Shown here piece after piece: positions 27,929 through 32,000 of a DNA stretch of 32,000 bases. The translations under genes were made by a program, and so were the position numbers. This stretch comes from Xylella taiwanensis (lineage in GTDB: Bacteria > Pseudomonadota > Gammaproteobacteria > Xanthomonadales > Xanthomonadaceae). Location: NCBI RefSeq assembly GCF_013177435.1, contig NZ_CP053627.1:1530001-1562000 (forward strand). The letters are read 5' to 3'. The notes beneath the pieces are model-generated. The model was not told the DNA's origin and searched no databases. It worked only from the letters and a program-made list of their open reading frames with translations. Numbering within the stretch: the stretch's first letter is position 1; each line of letters opens with the position of its first letter.

Positions 27929-28109
27929 GACATCCGCTGAAAGTCATACACGCTGTTACGGCATTCCCTGATTCCTTAATCCCCGCGGCAAAGGCATCTT
28001 CATCAGGCCGGACACGGGGCCATGAAGGCCGCTCAACCCGCGGGGCGTTAGGAGCAGCGCCTTTATCGGCACCTTAAGGAAACCCCATTATCGAAAACAC
28101 ACCGGCATC

Positions 28110-28126
28110 AGTCCCATTTCGGGACT
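28110..28126. promoter_or_regulatory. Palindrome upstream of higB (candidate HigA operator)
   Basis: agtccc-atttc-gggact ends 11 nt before the higB ATG. Confidence 0.3.
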
Positions 28127-28137
28127 AAAGTTACTCC

Positions 28138-28440
28138 ATGAGGGTCATAGCCAAACATCATCTTGTCGATTACTGGACTAAACATTCAGATACTGAGCAA
28201 CCGCTCAAGTCTTGGTACGACGAGGTATCCAAAGCTGAATGGAAAACCCCGCAGGACATCAAGCGACAGTACGCTAGTGCAAGTTTTGTGGCTAATAATC
28301 GCGTGGTGTTCAACATCAAAGGTAATACTTACAGGCTCATTGTGGCTGTGGCCTACCGATTTGGCGCGGTGTATATCCAGTTTGTTGGCACCCATCGGCA
28401 ATATGACCAAGTAGATGCAGCCACTGTCGAAACGGAGTAA
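28138..28440 (+). CDS. higB: Type II toxin HigB (mRNA interferase, HigB_toxin family)
   Basis: This 100-aa protein shows MRVIAKHHLVDYW....W.....A.WKTPQDIK....SASFV.NNRVVFNIKGNTYRLIVAVAYRFGAVYIQFVGTH..YD, which matches the HigB pattern. It is placed toxin-first, 3 nt before its antitoxin. Confidence 0.85.
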   Translation: MRVIAKHHLVDYWTKHSDTEQPLKSWYDEVSKAEWKTPQDIKRQYASASFVANNRVVFNIKGNTYRLIVAVAYRFGAVYIQFVGTHRQYDQVDAATVETE

Positions 28441-28443
28441 AGC

Positions 28444-28815
28444 ATGAAACGCGCAATGGAACTCAAACCGATCAGAAACGAGGCCGAATACGAAAACGCA
28501 CTGCGTGCCGTTTCGCCTTACTTCGACCATGAACCAGAATTGGGAACGGCAGAGGCTGATCAATTTGAAATGTTGCTTATCTTGATCGAGGCTTACGAGG
28601 CAAAACATCACTCCATCGCCCCACCCAATCCGATTGAGGCAATTAAATTTCGCATGGAACAGGCCGGGTTAACCCCCAAAGACTTGGAACCCATGATTGG
28701 GCGCCGGAATCGCGTTTACGAAATTCTGGCTGGCCGTCGCCCTTTGACCTTGGCCATGATCCGAAAACTGCATACAGGCTTGGGGATTCCGGCGGAAAGC
28801 CTTATCGGGCAGTAA
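28444..28815 (+). CDS. higA: HigA antitoxin (C-terminal XRE-type HTH)
   Basis: This 123-aa protein begins LKPIRNEAEYENAL and ends in an HTH region (EAIKFRMEQAGLTPKDLEPMIG.RNRVYEILAGRRPLTLAMIRKL). Confidence 0.85.
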   Translation: MKRAMELKPIRNEAEYENALRAVSPYFDHEPELGTAEADQFEMLLILIEAYEAKHHSIAPPNPIEAIKFRMEQAGLTPKDLEPMIGRRNRVYEILAGRRPLTLAMIRKLHTGLGIPAESLIGQ

Positions 28816-30553
28816 CCTTGATCGACCACGAAAAATCATCTCCGCATGTACTTTATAGGCTCTATAAAATCAATCAGTTATAAGCATGTCGCCAATACCG
28901 ATTGCGGAAACAAATGTAAAATAACCATTTGATATTTAATGCTTTTCCGTGCCGTATTAAAGACAATGACGACCGCTGGCGCATCACTCACAGTGCTTCC
29001 ATCGTTCACTTAGATATCAGATTCGCGTGGCAACCCGCCAAACAACGTCTGCTTGCACACTTCGAGCGGCGCTTGACGATCACAGTACCCATCGACGGGC
29101 TTGAAAAACGTCAGTCCATCCATCCTGGCTCGGACCTGGATGGACAACTATGAAGGCCCAAACATGACTTTAGGTGACATCACCACTCAAAGGCATATCA
29201 AAGGTTATCGCTCAGCTGCAAGCGCTGATTGGATCGCTACCAAAGAAAAAATGATCAGAAAAGATCAAATCAAGCACAAGATTGAGAAACAAAAATTACG
29301 AAAATGGAAGTCCACATTCGACAGGATCTCCCATAGCATTCAGGAAAAACCAATTATGTTCTTCAAGCATCGATACGAGATGGGCGGCACCCACAACACC
29401 CCCTTCATTGTCCTGCATCACCCTTGTTTGATGACACCTTATCAATGTCAATAGTGGTATAGAGAGCGAATGAATGAAAAGAAACGTCATGCTACTGCTT
29501 GTAACAATTGCAATGATGATCTTAACGGGATGTAAGAAAGAAAATTCCGGTAGGAAAGAAGAACCAGTGCGAACCGTGAAATGGTTCAAGAAACATAAAA
29601 CAGAACGCAAAGCGCAGCTTGCTGAATGTAGATCGAACCCAAGCGAACTTGCTATCACGCCAAACTGCGCAAATGCCAGCGATGCCGACAACTAATGGCA
29701 TCACTGGAAGCAAAAGAACGACATCTCATGGGCTCAGGTTTTTCATTTCATTAGAGAAAGAAACAACACAGAACACGCTCAACACCTTCTTAATACCAGT
29801 AACGACGCATTGTGCAAATCTTGATGATCACTGACATGACACTCTATATCGCGCTCACGGCCTAACATCATCATTTATTAGTTGGATCAAATTGCCCTTT
29901 TGGATTATTTTCCGGTTAATTTGTGATGTAAATAACAATAAAAAATTTTAAATATCCATGATCGATAGCTATTAAGTTTTTCTTCACAACATATAAAGAC
30001 ATGACTCTATGAAATATCAGGATGCAATCATGGAGCAAGATTCATAACTGCATCTCATCCCTTAGCGAGCCATGTTCCAAGGCATTTTCTGGCACTTCAG
30101 CTTGGTTCAGAAACATTAAAAAACAGATTTTCAACCTGGACGCCTACGATTCAAGAAAAAAATCGCAACCAAATTGACTACTTGATATCACACACCAACA
30201 CCACAACCAACCCAAAGGCGATCACCAAATTGACTCCCAATATCAAACACACAACACACCCAATCACTCCTGATGACAACCTCGGAAACATTTTTAACGA
30301 TAATTCCATCTTCCTAAATAAAGGAACTTCTCAGATTCCTATAAGCAGTGCATCTGAGTGTGTTTGCCTGCCTTTGTTGCCTTATTTAGCCTCTGTGAAA
30401 TTTCGTTGTTTTATTAGTGCCATATTTGGAGAGCATACTTGTATTCGGATCAGTGCAGTATTTTTGAATTGCCAACTCGTTCAGACCTGTCTTAAGTAAA
30501 GCTGTGTATGGTAACGACCTCAAATTTAAAATCCGCAACGCTTAAGGTGACGC
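28816..30553. other. AT-rich accessory segment with only small ORFs (probable remnant of a conjugative or other mobile element)
   Basis: There is a sharp drop in GC by eye and long CA-rich and AT-rich low-complexity tracts. The only recognisable gene is the EexN-type lipoprotein. ORFs 28929..29153 and 29101..29454 are unassignable and may be fragments. Confidence 0.4.
29474..29695 (+). CDS. EexN-family entry-exclusion lipoprotein (T4SS-associated)
   Basis: The signal peptide has the lipobox LTGC (MKRNVMLLLVTIAMMILTGC). The mature part TVKWFKKHKTERKAQLAECRSNPSELAITPNCANA matches the EexN pattern (TVeWY..H..eR.a.L.eCrnNPge...tPNC.NA). Confidence 0.7.
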   Translation: MKRNVMLLLVTIAMMILTGCKKENSGRKEEPVRTVKWFKKHKTERKAQLAECRSNPSELAITPNCANASDADN

Positions 30554-30781
30554 ATGTCGATAGTCCTTTATGTCGGTGGAAGTAAAGATGGTGACAAAGG
30601 TGTTGTCCCATATGGTTTCAACAAAACCCGAACAATTACTGAAACAGGGCCTGAGGTATATGTGCAACGCACGTTATCACTCGCCGAGATCGGTACCGTC
30701 CGAGTGATGGCACTTGAATCTCTTCAGGAAGATATCCTGATCGAACGTGCTGCTGATCACTACGCAAGACGTGCAAGCTGA
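30554..30781 (+). CDS. Hypothetical small protein (75 aa)
   Basis: AAGGTG lies 5 nt upstream of the ATG. The composition is balanced, and a strong hairpin follows. No family is recognised. Confidence 0.45.
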   Translation: MSIVLYVGGSKDGDKGVVPYGFNKTRTITETGPEVYVQRTLSLAEIGTVRVMALESLQEDILIERAADHYARRAS

Positions 30782-30791
30782 ATCCACAAGC

Positions 30792-30827
30792 GCGCCGCCC
30801 ACCTCCTACTCCTATAGTGGGCGGCGC
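30792..30827 (+). terminator. 11-bp GC-rich hairpin downstream of the 75-aa ORF
   Basis: The stem gcgccgcccac (30792-30802) pairs with gtgggcggcgc (30817-30827) around a 14-nt loop. The T-tract is weak. Confidence 0.4.
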
Positions 30828-30899
30828 TGTCAACGGGTTGCACAGCTTTGCAAGGCTGCCACAATGCTGGATTCCTGACAGACGGCCATCGCCGGATTC

Positions 30900-32000
30900 A
30901 TGCAAAACAGCCCTCTCACCCAGCAAATTGCACAGATCATTGCCGCTGAGATCTCCGCTCAGCCTAACCAGGCCCGCGCAGCCATCACCTTGATTGATGA
31001 GGGCGCAAGCGTGCCCTTCATCGCACGCTACCGTAAGGAAGCCACGGGCGGCCTAGACGACACCCAATTACGCACCCTCGAAACCCGATTAACCTACCTG
31101 CGCGAACTAGAAGAACGCCGCTCAGCAATCCTCGCCAGCATTACCGAGCAAGGAAAACTGAGCGACGTCCTACGCGCTGAGATCATCGCTGCTGACACAA
31201 AATCACGTTTGGAAGACCTGTATCTCCCATATAAACCCAAACGCCGCACTCGCGCACAGATCGCACGTGAAGCCGGCCTGGAGCCACTCGCCGACAGCCT
31301 GTTGGCTGACCCCACACTCGTTCCGGAAACCTTTGCTGCCAACTTTATCGACGCTGAAAAAGGTGTCACTGACATCAAAACCGCGCTTGAAGGCGCACGT
31401 GCAATCCTGATAGAGCGTTGGGGAGAAGATGCCGCCCTGGTCGGTGAACTGCGCGACTGGCTCATCAACAATGGCGTGATTCATGCGCGCCTCAGCGAAG
31501 GCAAGGAAGACGCTGGGGCCAAGTACAGAGACTACTTCAACCATACCGAGCTGCTCTCCAAGATTCCCTCACACCGCCTGCTGGCGTTGTTCCGCGCACG
31601 CTCCGAAGAAGTGCTGCATTTAGACCTAGATCCCGGTCATGATGTTGAAACTGGCCATCAACACTGTGAAAGTCGAGTCACACGTGCCGCAGGTGTCGCT
31701 GACCAGGGACGCCCGGCGGACACGTGGTTGATGACCGCCTGCCGCCTGACATGGCGTGCCAAACTCCACATGCATTTGACGTTAGATCTCTTCAACCAGG
31801 CACGCGAAAAAGCGGAAGCGGAAGCAATCGCAGTATTTAGCAATAACCTCAAGGATCTCCTGCTGGCCGCACCGGCCGGACCTCGCGTAGTCTTGGGCAT
31901 CGACCCAGGTATCCGCACTGGCTGCAAAATCGCTACCGTTGACACCACCGGCAAACTCATCGCCACAGAAACCATCTACCCGCACGAGCCGCGGCGCGAA
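30900..32000 (+). CDS. tex: Transcription accessory protein Tex (S1 RNA-binding), 3'-truncated by the window edge
   Basis: The frame is open from the ATG at 30900 to the window end (367 codons). It aligns closely with E. coli Tex/YhgF: VPFIARYRKEATGGLDDTQLRTLETRLTYLRELEERR, LEDLYLPYKPKRRTRAQIAREAGLEPLAD, LGIDPGIRTGCKIATVDTTGKL. Confidence 0.93.
   Translation, partial: MQNSPLTQQIAQIIAAEISAQPNQARAAITLIDEGASVPFIARYRKEATGGLDDTQLRTLETRLTYLRELEERRSAILASITEQGKLSDVLRAEIIAADTKSRLEDLYLPYKPKRRTRAQIAREAGLEPLADSLLADPTLVPETFAANFIDAEKGVTDIKTALEGARAILIERWGEDAALVGELRDWLINNGVIHARLSEGKEDAGAKYRDYFNHTELLSKIPSHRLLALFRARSEEVLHLDLDPGHDVETGHQHCESRVTRAAGVADQGRPADTWLMTACRLTWRAKLHMHLTLDLFNQAREKAEAEAIAVFSNNLKDLLLAAPAGPRVVLGIDPGIRTGCKIATVDTTGKLIATETIYPHEPRRE

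Noticed and set aside
30182-30499. A 105-aa plus-strand ORF lies in the AT-rich segment.
   Set aside because: The N-terminal half is translated CA-rich low-complexity DNA (TNTTTNPKAITKLTPNIKHTTHPITP). There is no RBS, so it is likely spurious.

Overview
The window looks like a chromosomal segment from a Xanthomonadaceae-type gammaproteobacterium. The Xylella-like assignment is an inference from gene content and the XadA-type adhesin. Clearly intact housekeeping genes are purH (5'-truncated by the window edge), purD, a YccS/YhfK-family membrane protein, ampE, folE, a gamma-carbonic-anhydrase-like hexapeptide protein, rlmB, rnr and tex (3'-truncated by the window edge). A 1216-aa YadA/XadA-type trimeric autotransporter adhesin (11499-15149, minus strand) contains about 4.2 tandem 375-bp coding repeats. 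A 1-kb AT-rich region lies upstream of it. An accessory island lies between the rnr upstream region and tex, at about 23.97-30.9 kb. It holds a decapitated prophage remnant: a 5'-truncated Bro-N antirepressor, three tandem intrinsic terminators, a compact endolysin-holin-Rz/Rz1 lysis cassette, a DXD glycosyltransferase-like ORF and two tail-fibre-related ORFs. It also holds a higBA toxin-antitoxin pair and an AT-rich segment with an orphan EexN-type entry-exclusion lipoprotein. By my tally only about 60 percent of the window is intact coding sequence. The gaps contain recognisable gene relics: a dead BglII-like/MT-A70 restriction-modification operon, a probable ampD relic, a probable Rrf2/NsrR-like relic upstream of rnr, and a tmRNA-like fragment next to the prophage. 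By eye the plus strand is C/A-rich, which produces long spurious plus-strand ORFs. I found no CRISPR array, rRNA, intact tRNA or clear novel multi-gene defence system. The most interesting items are the selectively preserved lysis module with its terminator leader, the decayed R-M operon and the tmRNA-like relic.
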